Origin: Chrysomallon squamiferum | Lineage: Eukaryota; Animalia; Mollusca | Reading direction: 5' to 3' | Length of the DNA: 64,000 nucleotides | NCBI GenBank assembly: GCA_012295275.1 | Contig: CM022667.1 | Location: forward strand, 20,832,001-20,896,000 | Shown: piece by piece, positions 36,997 to 51,900 of the stretch | How the letters are laid out: each line of letters starts with the position of its first letter | How positions within the stretch are numbered: position 1 is the first letter of the stretch | Position numbers and translations under genes: made by a program | Notes under the pieces: generated by a model | The model's database searches: none | What the model was told of the DNA's origin: nothing | The model's input: only the letters and a program-made list of their open reading frames with translations

Positions 36997-39900
36997 ATGT
37001 TATTGGAGTATCTCATTGTAAGTTGGGCAGTGTTTTTACTAAAAACTAATCCCTCCAGCGGCCAGCTAACCCAGGACTGTCTGATGCAGGACAGCACCCA
37101 GGGATGTCGACTCTCAAGACCTCCGTAAGTTATTTTTAAAGTAATAATGAATATGACAATTGTAGACACAGAGCAGTACATAATCAAGTCTTAATGGAAT
37201 GTTTCCAATATCAACTATTTCAGCTGCTGACTGTTACTCATTGTTTCATGTTGCAAGTAAACCAAATATTTCCCTTCTTAATAACTTTATATAGGAATGG
37301 AATGACAGTTTGATGTCCAGTATCATTACATCATTTAAGATTGTCTCCATAAAATTACAGAATGGTTTCTTTGTCCAAGTCTTATGACATCATTATGATA
37401 CATAGAGAAGGCAGGATTATTTTACATTATAAATACATCTTTCATTCTTCTAACAATATATTTAATAACAAATAAAAAGATTTTAAAAATTTGCTTTTCT
37501 GTAGAATTTACATGGTCATTGCACCAAGGAAGATCAGACCTAATCAGGTTATACAAGTTATGGCCTCCATTTTGAAACTTGAATATCGGCAGATAAATTT
37601 AAGAATATCAATTGCTAAAGACAACCAGGAATATACAGAAACAATGTTGAGGTTTGATCGTCCATCAAGTCGACTGATGCAGTTACAGGTATCTAAAAAA
37701 TTGTTCTTATCTCATTTATCAGAATGTTCATTGGCTGCCTCCATCAAGCCAGTTAACAACGGCTGGTTCATCAAAAGTTCTTTTATGTGCTTTCCTATCC
37801 ATAGAAAGATGGATAAAAAAAAGATAAAAGAATCCTTTGCTGCTATTAAAAAATGAGTAGCCCATCATATGACCGTAAAACTAAATAGGGGGAGCATGTC
37901 ATTAAATAAAATATTTTGCTCTTATCTGCTTGAATCACATATTTAAATTTAAATAATATTACATTATTATTTTTGTTTTATCATAAGTCCTCTGTTTTGA
38001 ATCTTAGAGGATTTTTTGTAGAAGGGGTTATATTTTTCCACTGATACCTATTATTACAACAGCAAGAGTTTACTTCTACTAAATGATAAAACATTTTTTT
38101 ATTTCAGATGCCACAGAATGCCCAGGCAGGAAAATACTTCTTCCGAGTGGAAGGGAAAGTAGATGCTGGCATCGGTGGTAACATATTCTTTAATGAGACA
38201 GAAATAGAGTTTGACTCTAAGCAGGCATCACTCTTCATTATGATGAGTAAACCCATGTACAGACAGGGTCAGATGGGTGAGTTAACACTGACATTATGAA
38301 AATCAGCACATTATAAAGAGAATAATTTTAACATTTCAGTATTTACTAATTTTTCATATTTCAGAAATAATTTTTTAAATGTATGTACATGAATCACAAA
38401 CATCTTTTCAAAAACATTTGTGACATCATTTATTATTTAACAACAATTTTTTGGAAATTGTATGACTGAAAATAAATTGCTTAAAATATGTAACTATTAT
38501 AGAAAATAAGGTTATCTATTTATCGTCATTACCTGTTCTGTTATGCACATAACTGTACATTTTCTAAAGTTATTTATTTTTTTTCTTCAAAGTTCACTTC
38601 CGAGTTGTGCCAATTTTGCCCAATCTGATGCCCCGGTATGGAAGTATGACAATATATGTGGAGGTAAGATATAATTCAGAGGTGATTTTTTTTTTTTCAT
38701 CATAAATGATTACAAATATAATTCTGTATTCTTTCTTTTACTTTCTAATTATTAAAATGTGGCCTTCTATTAAAAAATCTAACTTGGAAATCTGTATAAA
38801 TAGTAATCTAGCCTACAATTTAAATATTATATACAAATTATTTTAAATGAATTTTTAAACTGAAAAGATTAATATAATAATAATTAAATTTTGATATGAG
38901 CTGAAAATATCTATCTTCCAGTGATTAGTTTCTGGTATTTAACAAACACTTTGAGAAAACAAGTTAAATTATAAATTATTTTATTATTAGAATAATTTTA
39001 AAATTCTTTTTCTTCACTGTAATTTTGTTTTAGGACCCAACAGGCATTCCTGTGAGGCGATGGCTTGGTGTGCAGACTAATGCTGGAGGTAGATGTCTTA
39101 ATTTTCTTTTTTGATTTTGTGTTGTTGCTTTATTTTTCTGTTTGTATGTTGTTGTCGCTTCATTTTGTTCTGTTTGTTTGTTTGTGAGTGTGTGTGTGTG
39201 TGTTTGTAAGTTGTAACTATGTCTTTTTTTAATAAATAATTAATAAGAAAAAATTAATATCATTAATTTGATTAATTCATAATTGAAAAGACAGAATGAC
39301 ATTATTTATTTGATTCCTAGGCTTAGTCAGCGAGAGCTTTGAATTATCAGATCAGCCTAACTATGGAAACTGGTCCATCAAAGTAGATGCTTTTGTAAGT
39401 ATTTGAGTACCAGATTATACTGATCTTTTACAACAGATTTCATTTATCTGTATGATACCTAATAATCATTGAACTTATAAAATACAACTCATGCATCTGT
39501 TAAACCCCTAATGTTATTAAAATAACATAATATTTGCTTTTACTAATCATGTTGAAAGAAAATGACATCATGGTGTTTAAATCTGGAAAAAAGAAAAGAC
39601 ATTAAACATCTTATTATAACGCTTTGACAGAGACAGAACAAAATATAACATTTTTAAATAATTTAAACCATCTTACCTGGTTCTTCTTTTATTATTAGTA
39701 TATACAGATTTCCAGCTTTATTTCTTAAACTGAAGTTTTATTTCTTTTTTTACAGGGACATATCTACAGAAAACAGTTCGTGGTAGAAGAATTCTGTAAG
39801 TTAAAATTAGTTTTGATATCTTACTTTACAAACACCCACATTATATGGGGATTTATGAATGTTATATTTTAAACCCTTTGCAGTAATCAGTATTTTTGTT

Positions 39901-42900
39901 GTTAGTCATCCAAAATGAATACAATGCAGAGAATGTTCATTCAAAATCAAATCCAGATAGGGTATTTGCAGAATATACTAATATACATTTATGACAAATT
40001 ACAGTCTCTTTACATATTTTGTATTGAACTATTTTTAACTGTTAGTAATTAGTAAATCATCTGAACAAAATGTCCAACAAACTGCCTCAAAGGATATCAA
40101 TAAATTAAGGTATTTTTGATTCTACTGCCATTGAAGCTGCATTTATCAGTCCCCAAACCAGATGTTTTTATTACACAATATATGGTATGCAAATCATTTC
40201 TGGATACTAAAGTAGCAAAATTAACATAGACACTATCAAACTTACATATTCCTAGTTGGTAGAACAAAAGTGGGTTGTGCATGATAGACATTCAGTAGCA
40301 GAAGGCACAAACAAATACCTCTTAAAACATGTAGGTTATCATCATCATAAACATTATTAACATTAATCATAATATTTTTGATTAATAAATAAAATCTATT
40401 GTGTGTCTCACAAGAAAGATTAGTATTAATAAAGTGTTTTATTCATCCATTGCTGGTCCATGCAGATAGTGGTGAAAATACAAATGAACAACTGAAAATT
40501 CAGACTGAGAAATTAGCAGCAAACCTCCCCCTCCAAAAAAAACAAAAACAACCAAAGAATCCTGATAGGCATTTCTTATATCATAAACAGCAACATTTGG
40601 CATCATCAAAAAATTAAATTGTTTCAAATTTCTAATGGATTTATCTTTCATGTCTTTTGCAGACATTAATAACATTTAAATATAATTTTATTATTCTTCT
40701 ATTTAAATATGTTACATAACCTTTTTGAGTGGAAAAATACTTGTTTTCTTTAAGTAATGATACTTCATTTCACGAATTCCTGTTTCCTGAATTATTGTTA
40801 GTGTAAGTGTTATGTTGATGTAAGTGAAAGTGATTTACTGATGCAGTAAAGTTCCTTAAATATGTCTAAATAAAATTGATTCCAGATGATGGCCAATAAA
40901 ACTTTTCTCTTTACAAATTTTAAATAACTGCATGTTGCTTATTTCCCACCATTATTATTCAGATATAAATTACAAATGTAGATCATGAAAAAGCAAAATA
41001 TTTTATAAATAGCTCAGTCATGACAATCATTCAAATACAGCGTCTGTTTAAAATAGTAGTATTGCTATTAATATGAAGAAAAAAAAATTTGATACAATCA
41101 TCATCCTCACCTCTAGCCTTTTAAAACAATTTATATTATTTGTTTTTTAAGAATGCTAAATTAAAAACTAACTTTTTTCAATTTGTTACTGTTTTTTTTC
41201 TTTCTATAATTTGTTTTAATAGGGGAGCCAAGATTTGATGTAAATGTGTCTGTTCCTCCCTACATCATGGAGAATGAAGAGTTTATTCATGGAGTTGTTT
41301 TAGCCAAGTACGTCAGTTATTTATTACATTCAAATGTTTTATGGAATTTTGCTTCATTACTCATTTCACTGAATTATGATTAATTTACACAACTTTTGAA
41401 ATATATAGAATAATGTTTATAATTTATTTTCTGTTTGTTTCAGTCAAACAAGTGGTCGACCTTGTGTTGGTAATGCATCCATCACTATGTTCTTTAAAGC
41501 TAACAGATACACAGCACACCGCCCATACCTTTACAGGTTTATTGACTATGTAAGTGATTTTCAATGTTTCTGAAACTAATTTGTTTTTATGGTAATTTCT
41601 TTGAATAATTAATTTTATTGTTAATTAAATACTTACAATAATTTTATTATATATATTAATACCCATTGATGGTTTAAATTTAAAATGTGATATATGTTAT
41701 GCGATAAAAGAAAACAGAAATAACCTGACAAGTTGTACTAATAACTCAGTTTTGAATTTTTTTCTGACTCATTTTCTCAGACTTTGATACAGCTAATTTT
41801 GGAAACTTGTAGATGCTGTAAATTAAGATGTTTAATGTCAAAATAATTTCACTTTCAGCATGTTGGACGTATTGATTTCACTTTCACTATTGAGGAAGTA
41901 CGTCAACTTGCCAATCAAGTGATTGGTGGTAGCTCTATGGTAGACAGTGAACTTGAATTCAGAGTTAATGTTTCTGACTGGTATTCTGGACTTAACAGGA
42001 CGGGATGGGCATCCACCATCATTTTCAGTTCTCGGGTCAAACTCCAGTTTGTTGGAGGACGAGTGAGGACATTTAAACCAAAATCAAATCTCAAAGTAGT
42101 AGTAAGTAATTTTATGTTAAATTTGTTAAAAGGTTTCTCACAATACACTCAACAGTTAAAGAATATTTATTTATTTAATAATTATTTTATTTTATTTTAT
42201 TTTTAAAATTTTATATATTTAATGTTTTATTATTGTTGTTTTATTTTATTATTTATTATTATTATTATTATTATTTTAAACCTGAAATATTTTTTGAAAG
42301 TTCATGTTTGTGTTACCCATGCTTTTACTGAGAAATAAAAATGATTTACAGCTTTAGAATGTGTACACAATCATGTTGCATGTTATTTAGCTCTTAAGAC
42401 TACTACCAAAAAATGGAAGAAAGAAAAATACAGGAGCAGCAGACTTAGTGAAATCTAATTTTCCCTGTCAAAAAATCCAAATAATGTTTAATACCTACAC
42501 AGTCAGATTCCGTAAAGTGTGAACAAAAGTCATTAGTGTATCAAAGACACTTTCAGCATCAGTCAAAAGCAAAAAGAGGTTAATGTCCTAATTGGCATTA
42601 GAATAGCAGGATGTAATTGTACCAAAATATTAGCTAAAGGAGAAGGTTTGTAGCAAATCTCACAGAATACCAAAACATGAACCTCTAAAAATCCTAACAC
42701 TAGACTGATCTTGATAGGCATCTGCAGAAACTGTTGCAGGCAAAGACACCCTGATCATTATCCATCATTAATGTTGAACAAAAGAAATTTAGAATTTTCA
42801 TTTTTGTTCAAATATTTGTTCAAATTTTTGTGCTTACAAAGTAAAGTGTAATAAAATACAAAATGTAAAGTGAAAATTAAAGACCAGTTTGTACGTATGA

Positions 42901-45796
42901 AGATTTTGCTGATAAATAAAGATGACTAATTCTCAAAGTTTTGTTTTTGGACTGCTGTTGCAAGATCTTCTGAAGCCATCACCCTGCTTTCTAGCAAATA
43001 CTTATTTATTGTAATGTCAGAAAGTTCTGACCTTTTTTTGGAACATTATGGTAAATTAGTTACTAAGCAGAATATTTTCTTTTTGGGAGACTGTTTTTTT
43101 TCTTCAGATCTTCTGAATATTTTTGCTTAAAGGTTGCTGTAATGAAATATGATGGGACACCAGTGGATACAAGTAAAAAACTTGTTCGTCTCTATCCGTC
43201 TATTTCAACCAGTGGTGCAGCTGTTCCCCGCTTTGACCACCCAATAGACAAATCTCCTGTTCGTGGAATCGTTGAACACAGCATCTATGCTCAAGAGGAT
43301 ACCCAGAGTATTTTAGTAATTGTAAGTATTTTCAGTTATTTATTAGATATAGAGTAATTTTTCAACGATGTAATTTGTAATGGTTGGACTTCTCAGCTAA
43401 AATGTCGATTTCCAAAATATCTGCAGCTGGGAACCTGTCTATGACATGAATTAAGTTGTATTTTGTTATCTGTTTTATTATTATTACTCTTTTAAATACT
43501 ATTTCTTTGTTTTATTTAACAGGCAGAGTATGACAATGACCCTTCAACTCGCATAGAGTTGCGTGCTACACTATTCTACTCACCTTCAAGAAGTTACATC
43601 ATTGTTACAACATCAACAGAACATCCTAAGGTATGTTGTAATGAAAACATATTATAAATGTCACTCTATTCAAAATTTGATATACTTAGTTTCTCTATTT
43701 CTTATAATATATACAGAGAGCAGTGAAAGCTCCAGTTTATAATGATCAGAAATCTTTAATTTATTTTTATATATTTATAAATAAGTTTTATCTTTTAGGT
43801 GAATGAATACATGATATTTCACGTGCAGACCAGCAGTTTTATTCCACGAATTTACTATCAAGTAAGAATATCAATAATTTTAGTGATAATCGTGTTTGTC
43901 TAATGTACATTATTTGAAAATTATAGTAATAAATACACCTACGGTTTTCAAACAGTACATTTTTTTTAATTGTCCTTATAATTACATCCTGGAATGTTGA
44001 AATGAATCCATTCAGTAATTGCAAAGTCATATTAAAGGACATGTTACTGAATCTATAGAAAAGGGGACACAGTTTAGATATCATAAAACTATTCTTCATT
44101 AAACACATTGCCTCTGGCTCTTACAGTAGCCTGCACTTTTAGCAATTTGTGTCCTGTTGAGCTTATGATAAAAGCTTTTTGTGTTGTATTACAGGTAGTG
44201 TCTGGTGGAAACATCATCATTGGTGATGAATTAGAAATGACATCAAGACAGAAAACTTTTGCAGTGGCTTTGTCCAGAGAAATGATTCCCACAGCACGTA
44301 TGGTTGTGTATTACCTGAAACAGCCAGAAGAAATAGTTGTTGATGTTCTTAATTTCTTTGTGAATGGAACTCGCCAAAACCAGGTAACAACTAATTTTAC
44401 AAAGGTTTCATAAAGCTGGAAACAAAAATGTATTAATATAATTCTTTATACTTCCAATATCATTATTCATTTTAAAATAACATTTTAGTCAAAGAAATTT
44501 TATTTAATATTATTTTATGAAATACTTGTGTAGATGTTATTAATATTTGGAAGTAAAAATTGATGACTTAATTAATATAAATGTTCATGTAAAAATACTG
44601 TTTCTAATAACAAGAACTTCTAGTATTTATAATTAAATATTTGGATTTTTTCAGGTCAAACTTGAAATAAACCGAGGAAAAGATTTTAGTCGAGATTCTA
44701 TTGAATTCAATGCTTGGGCAGATCCAGGATCCTATGTAGCCTTTGCTGGGATGCCACACGATTTATTTATTAGAGGTCTCAATGATGGCATTACAGAAAA
44801 TAACGTAATAAGTTTCACAGTGCACTTTTTGTTTTCTCTGTTTTGATACCATATTAAACATAACCAGTTTTGACAACTTTACGTTTCTAGTGAATCCTTG
44901 TTCCATAAACATTGTTAAAACCATAAACTATACTGAAACAATTAATTTGGCCTTTACCATCCTTCTGAAATGAACTGTTGTGAAAATCTTCAGAAATCTC
45001 TTATAATTGACATGCTTAGTATTTTCTGTGTATCAACAATTAAAATATCATTTTTGTATTTGAATTTTGGCTGCTATTTACATTTCTCAAAAATGTTTCA
45101 GTTAATTGATGAACTAGACACCTATGACAAACCAGCCAACGGCAGTTTTCGGCAGTTGTGGCGAATAAGTGACACAGAATACGAATATCAGTTCTTCCAT
45201 GCTCCAGACTACGGCATTGATACCAATACAACATTTAAGGTTTGACAATATTATATTTTATCACCCCAAAAAAAAAAAATGTAATGATGGATTATTACTT
45301 AAAACTGTTACAGTCTAGCTATTGCTAAAATTTCCTTAACAGTGAACAATAATATATTTATTTCAGGCTTTCCACATGGTGCTAAAAGTTTATTATGTTT
45401 GTTTTTTTCATCTGAAAGGGCATTTTTTGTTATGATACAATTTTTCATTTTTCCAGAAATTTTCCATATTTACTATAAATGTTAGATGCACTAATTTTAT
45501 TATTTATTATTACATTAAAAGATGAAATATATTTTTAAAAATTATATGAGTGTTTTGATTAAAACAAATGCATGTATAAATTACAAATCTTTTAATTTTA
45601 TTTCAGACTTCAGGTTTACTAATTTTGACTGATGCTAATGTGGACAGAATAAGAAGTAACTATGTTTTTTAATCATTATTTTTCATCAGAATTGTGACTT
45701 ACAAATAATGTTTACATACCTGTCAACCCATACAGCTTACCCATAATTTCACATGGTTAAAAGTGATTTTTAGTTATTTATTTTTATTTTGTTTAT

Positions 45797-45829
<33 letters not shown>

Positions 45830-45913
45830 TTACTTTATTTTATTATTATTAACTTTTTTTGGCTCTGCACCTTTAATTGTTTTGATTATAAGCAATGCAA
45901 AACCATAGAGCAA

Positions 45914-45948
<35 letters not shown>

Positions 45949-48900
45949 AATATAAATAAATTCATAATTTCAGTACACAGTTTTAAAAAATTGTTATAAA
46001 TGATTTTGGCAGTTTCATTAAAAGAATTTGTAAAAAAATACTCTCAGGAAAAGTTAAATGACTCTATGTCAACATTTTGTGACTAAAGCCTTTGGATATG
46101 GGGAGGTGCAATCTCTGTTGGTTGACAGGAGTAATATATTATCAAAAAACTTTAAATTCACTATCATTTATATTATTAATTTATTAATTAGTATTTGTTA
46201 TTGTATAATCATTAACTGTTAATGGTTTTATTTACTTAAATTACTTTTTTCCCAGTTCTGGCTGATCTCTGATAATCTCTGAATTTTTTATATTTAGATG
46301 CTGGAATTGGAATTTGCGATCCTTACGGTGATCCACTTAACAACATCCCACCAAAGTTTCCATGTTTCTCCGGTGACTCTCAGTGCTTTACTCCTGACCA
46401 GTGGTGTAATGGAAAATTTGATTGTCCAGACGGAGCTGATGAACAAGGATGTAGGAGAATTGTTATAGATGTTTTTAAATATCTTAATTAAATAATTCAC
46501 TTTACTGCAGTGAATTCAGTAATAAAAACTATTTTGTAGATATTTCTAATCTTGAATAATTCAGTTTATTGTAATCAAATTCATTTTGTGTTTTCAGAAA
46601 AGGCTTTAACATTCAAGCACATTAAGTTTATAATGTTTGATGATTTAAATTCTGTTTATTTTGCTACTTAATGTTTTGTTGATTAAAAAAAATAATAACA
46701 CTAATTTTTGTTGTTTTTTCTTCAGGTGAAGTGAGTGATAACCAGGTGCGTCACAGATCTGCAATGGATAGAGTGAGTCGTGTTATGAGATTCTATGACA
46801 ACAGTTCCTGGGCTTGGCAAGAAATCTTTGTTAAGTAAGAAAATAATATACTGCATTTAACAACATTTTAAGTTTATTATCAAACCTCACCATATTTTAC
46901 ATGTAAAATATTTTGTAGACTAAACATTACTTTTCTGATTTACAAAAAAATATTTTTTACACAAACTGAATTTATTATTGTATTTGAAAGGCATCGATTT
47001 GGACAAACTGTTTTAACTGCTCATTTACTTTGTTTTTCAGACCTGATGGCAGAGTTGATTTCCGAGTTGATGTTCCAAAATATCCTCTCTCTTGGGTTAT
47101 CAATGGTTTGTCTGTGAGCAGAGAGCTGGGTTTGGGTATTATGCAGAGACCAATTAGAGTAAGTGACACAAAGATTTCGTGACCAATATCCACCAGAAAT
47201 AAAAATTTTGTTTTGGTGGTATTTTCAGAACACTTCATGTCAAACATTTTCATAAATTAATTTTATTGCCTTCCATTGAAGACATCTGCATTATGTCATT
47301 TTATTTAAGATGCGTTGAATTAAAATAATGTTTTTTTGTTTTTCAGTATGATGCTGCTCGCTACATGTACATTCAGGTTGAGACTCCAGAGGTAATTGTG
47401 CGGGGAGAACAGCTTGGTGTTCGTGTCACAGTTTTCAACTACTGGTACGAGGATGATTACATTGAGGTAAAGTAAAAAAAATGTTGGGCTCTGCACCTTT
47501 AACTGTTTTAATTATGTATCATTAAAACAACGGTTTCTAAAATCAGTACAAGTTATTATTTCAAAAACTAGGTTGCTTGTATTATTAAAGGAAAAAAGTG
47601 TTATTTCTTCTTTTTTTTAAATATATTTGTCACTCATTCATTGAAATGTTATGAATTATAGTGTTTCCATTTTTAATTTGTTGAAAATTTAATAATTATT
47701 TTATGTCTTTTATAATTATTATTATCATTATTATTTATTCAGGTTCTTGTCACTATGCATGGCAGTGACAAGTATGAGTTTGTCATTGTAGAAGAAATGG
47801 GAATAGTAAATCAATACAAACCAGTCACTCACAAGGGAGACCATCAGACTATTGTATTTGTAAGTTTATACAGGATTATTACAATTAAGCTCTTAGCAAT
47901 ACCTATATAAGAAATTAAAGATTTTTTTTTTTTAGTTGTTTTAATCTTTACAAATAGAAAAAAACTAGACACTGAGTTTTTATTAGTCTGACAGTTTTAA
48001 CAATTTTATATTATTTGATTTTAAAACCACTTATTTGTGTAGCTAACAGTTTAATCAAATTAAGGTTTGTTCTTAAACATTATGATAATTTTCTGTGGTT
48101 GATTTAGACTTAATAAGACATGTTGATTGTACTTAAAGATAATTATTTTAATTCTTCAGTTGGAACCAGGCCAGGCTAAAGACATTTATATGCCCATAGT
48201 GTCAACTCTGGTTAAAGGACAGTTTGACATTCGAGTCAGTGCTTCATGTTTCATGGAAAGAGATGAAGTTGTGAAAACAATTTATTTAATGGTAAATCTC
48301 TTCAGTTGTTTGTCATTCAGCTATTTATTTTGTATTTGATTAGTGACTTTTATTATTAACCGAACATTTATATATAATGTTTATTTTTATGGATCAATTT
48401 TAGTTAACACCCATTAATTTTTCTTAAATTAATTTGATAGCATTTTTCTCAGCAAATCAGTGTTTATCTATTTTAATCTCAAATGTGTTAGAACCCAATA
48501 ATGCTGCTGTAATGTATCAGATTTCTCTTTTTCTTTAGCTTAATTTGTTTTTGGATGTCCTGGATTCTGACAGTATAACCAGGATTTTCATTTCTATTTC
48601 AGCCTGATGGTGTACAGAACTATTACCACACTCCATACTTGATTGATCTCATTACTAATCCTTCCATAATTTTCCCTGATTTCAATGTAAATGTTCCAGA
48701 ACAGTTTGTTATTCCGGAACAAAGACAACATCTCTATGTGCCAGGATCTGCCACAGCTCATCTCAGTGTATTTGGTGAGATTTCATTATTTATTTAGTCT
48801 TTCCAAGTTATTCCAGGTGTACCAGTGTTCATAAAAACAAACGGTCTACATTATTTTGTTTGTCAAAATTATTTTCAGTTATATTGTCTACCAGTGTTAG

Positions 48901-51900
48901 CTAATAAAAAAGTATGATACATTAAAAGTAATAATGATTTTACACTTTTACAACTATAGAAACAGACTTTTTATTTCTTAAATTCTATAATTTTATTACA
49001 GATAAAAATTAGAAAATATGTTTTATTTAAAATAAATTGTCCATGCAAAAAATGTTTTATTATTATTATTATGACTGATGAACGAATAAATTATTCAGCT
49101 ATTTAGAATTAAGATTGTGTTATAAAAAATTATTTGATTTTATTAAAAACATTGCTAATAAAAAAATATATATATTTTTAGGTGATGTAGTTACACCAGG
49201 GTTCTTTCAAGAGTATTTGAATGCAGAAAACGTTTTAATGAGACCATATGGGACTGGTGAAAATATTGCATTTAATTTTGCATACAATTTGTTAACCCTG
49301 CGTTTCATGAAAGCTTCACAGCAGCTAGATGATAAAACACTACAACAGAATCTGCATTATCTGAACATAGGTATGAATTTTTAATAACAAACTGAGCTGC
49401 ACTTAAATTATTTTATACAATTTACAGTAATTTAGATTGTTTTCATTAATTGGAATTGTTACAAATGCTTATCTGCTTATAGATCAGTGTTTATTAAACA
49501 ATTGTTATCATTCACCCATGAATGTTTTTCAAGTATTTTATATATATATAACTGACTAAATTACGAAAATCAGCTTGCATATAGCTTTACCTATTTATTT
49601 CATAGACCCCTAAAATAATATTATTTACAGTGTTAGAAATTCTAATTTTATATTTATTTATTAAATTAATTTATTCTACTTCATTTTATTCTATGTTAAT
49701 AACAAACTTATTTTAAAAATAAAAAGTGTTATATAGTAATTATTGTAACAAAATATCTGATAGAGAATAAAATATGTTTTTTTCAGCTCTTCAGCGACAG
49801 CTTGGCTACATGAACCCTGATGGCTCATTTAGAATGTTCCGTGATGATCCAACACCAAGCTTATGGTAATTACATGCTAATATTTATCTGTAATGTAAAT
49901 GCAAAAATACTGACTGTTATTTATTTTGTACATTATTATTTTTTATTTTTTTTCTAATTGTTACTTGGGTGTAGTAATTTGGTTTCTAATGTGTTTGTTT
50001 CTCAAAGGTTAACTGCTTTTGTTGCCAAGACCTTATACAAAGGTAAATATGGTGAATGGGAACGGGATCTATTTATTCCACTAGAGCTCATCAACAAAAT
50101 GGTTATTTGGATTTGTTCTCAGCAAAATGCATCTGGAGCCTTCAATCCTGGCAATCATACCAGTTATGACAGGAAAATGGTAAGATATATAAAATTGTTT
50201 GTAGTATTCTGTTACTATTATTTTCACAATGATAGTGAGAAGACATGAAAATAATTTTGAAAAGCTGAAGTTATGAATTCATAGAAAAATATTAACATCA
50301 GTTTCAAAATCAAACAATTGTAAATGAAATTTGTATTTTAATATTTTAATGACTTTTTTTGATGGTAAATCTTCTTACAATCAGAATGGCTTTGCTAAAT
50401 GTTTAGTCTGCCAGAAGGATAAGGTTTATCATTTTTTAACACAGTTATGTCATACTTTTCATGTTAAAATGAAATACAAACATTCTATAACATTTCACTA
50501 TGCTATGATGAAATAACAAACATTCTGTAACATTTCTCTATGGTATGATGAAATACAAACATTCTGTAACATTTCTTTATGTTATGATGAAATAAAATAT
50601 TCTGTAACATTTCTCTATGTTATGATGAAATACAAACATTCCTTAACATTTCTCTATGTTATGATGAAATAAAAACATTCTGTAACATTCCACTATGTTA
50701 TGATGAAATACAAACATTCTGTAACATTTCACTATTGTTTCCAGGCTTCACAGAATGCAATCAAAGGTGACAAGATGTATGACAACCCCATTCCTCTGAC
50801 AGCTTATGTACTCATTGCTCTGTATACGACTAAAGATATTTCAGGGGTAAGATGTCACAGCAGTTTATTCTGAAACTGATAATTATAATTAAAAAATAAA
50901 TTAAATTTTGCACCAGCTTATCTTTGTTTTAGTGTAATTTTGTAGTATGCACACCTTTTGACATTTTAAAAATTAAAACCTAAATGAAGAGTTACTTACA
51001 TTAACTGTTAAAAATAGATGGATAAGCAGAAAAGTAATTTGATTTTGGAATGATGTCATTTCCAAAAATTAAATCTCTTATTTTCAGGACGCATTGCTTT
51101 GTGCTGAAACAGCTCGATCAAGAGCAGCAAGTTACTTATCAAATATTGTAAGTGAAATTCCAGAGAATGAAATCTTTCACTTGACTATCACAGCATATGC
51201 ATTATCACAAACTCAGGAGAAAAGTCGTGCAGCCTTTGACAAGATGTGGAAGAACAACAGAACAGGTAAGTTTGTCTCTGGGATATTTTTGGTTTATATT
51301 GAAATTCGAAAACCTCAGATTTTATCATAACTTTGTATATGACCAGAATTTTGCATAGGTGGAAAAGGTTAAATGGTTTATATGTTTGTATTTATGTAGG
51401 AATAGGTATATGTATATGTACATGTGTAGGTATAATGGTGTGAAATGGTGTGTGGGTCTGGGTGTGTGTTTGTGTTTGTGTTTGTGTTTGTGTTTGTGTT
51501 TATGTAGGTATAGGTATATGTATATGTATATCTAAATGTGTATATATATATATGTGTGTGTGGGTGGGGAGTGTATATCTGTATATGTAAATGAATACAG
51601 TAATAAAATATGTTCTGCAGTTGCACCTTATGGTTGTAGTCATTAAAATAAGGCATTACAAAATTTAAAATTTTTGTGTGATTTGTCAGTAATGTGGAAT
51701 GAGTTTTACAACTTTGTTGTCTGAGCCAGATTTCACCACATTCACAGGTAAATGTGTTAAAGTCAAGTTTGATCACACTTGTTGATGTGAAACACTGATA
51801 TCTTCTACTAAATTGTGACATGTTTTCCTGTCTTCAGAAGAAGAAAGTTACTTTGCTAATGAAAGAATACCTGCCAACCCTTCTGAGATTATAAACACTG

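Noticed and set aside
42495-42835. Tc1-like relic in MCR intron 10
   Set aside because: Only a vague TA-CA terminus, with no matching TIR or transposase motif.
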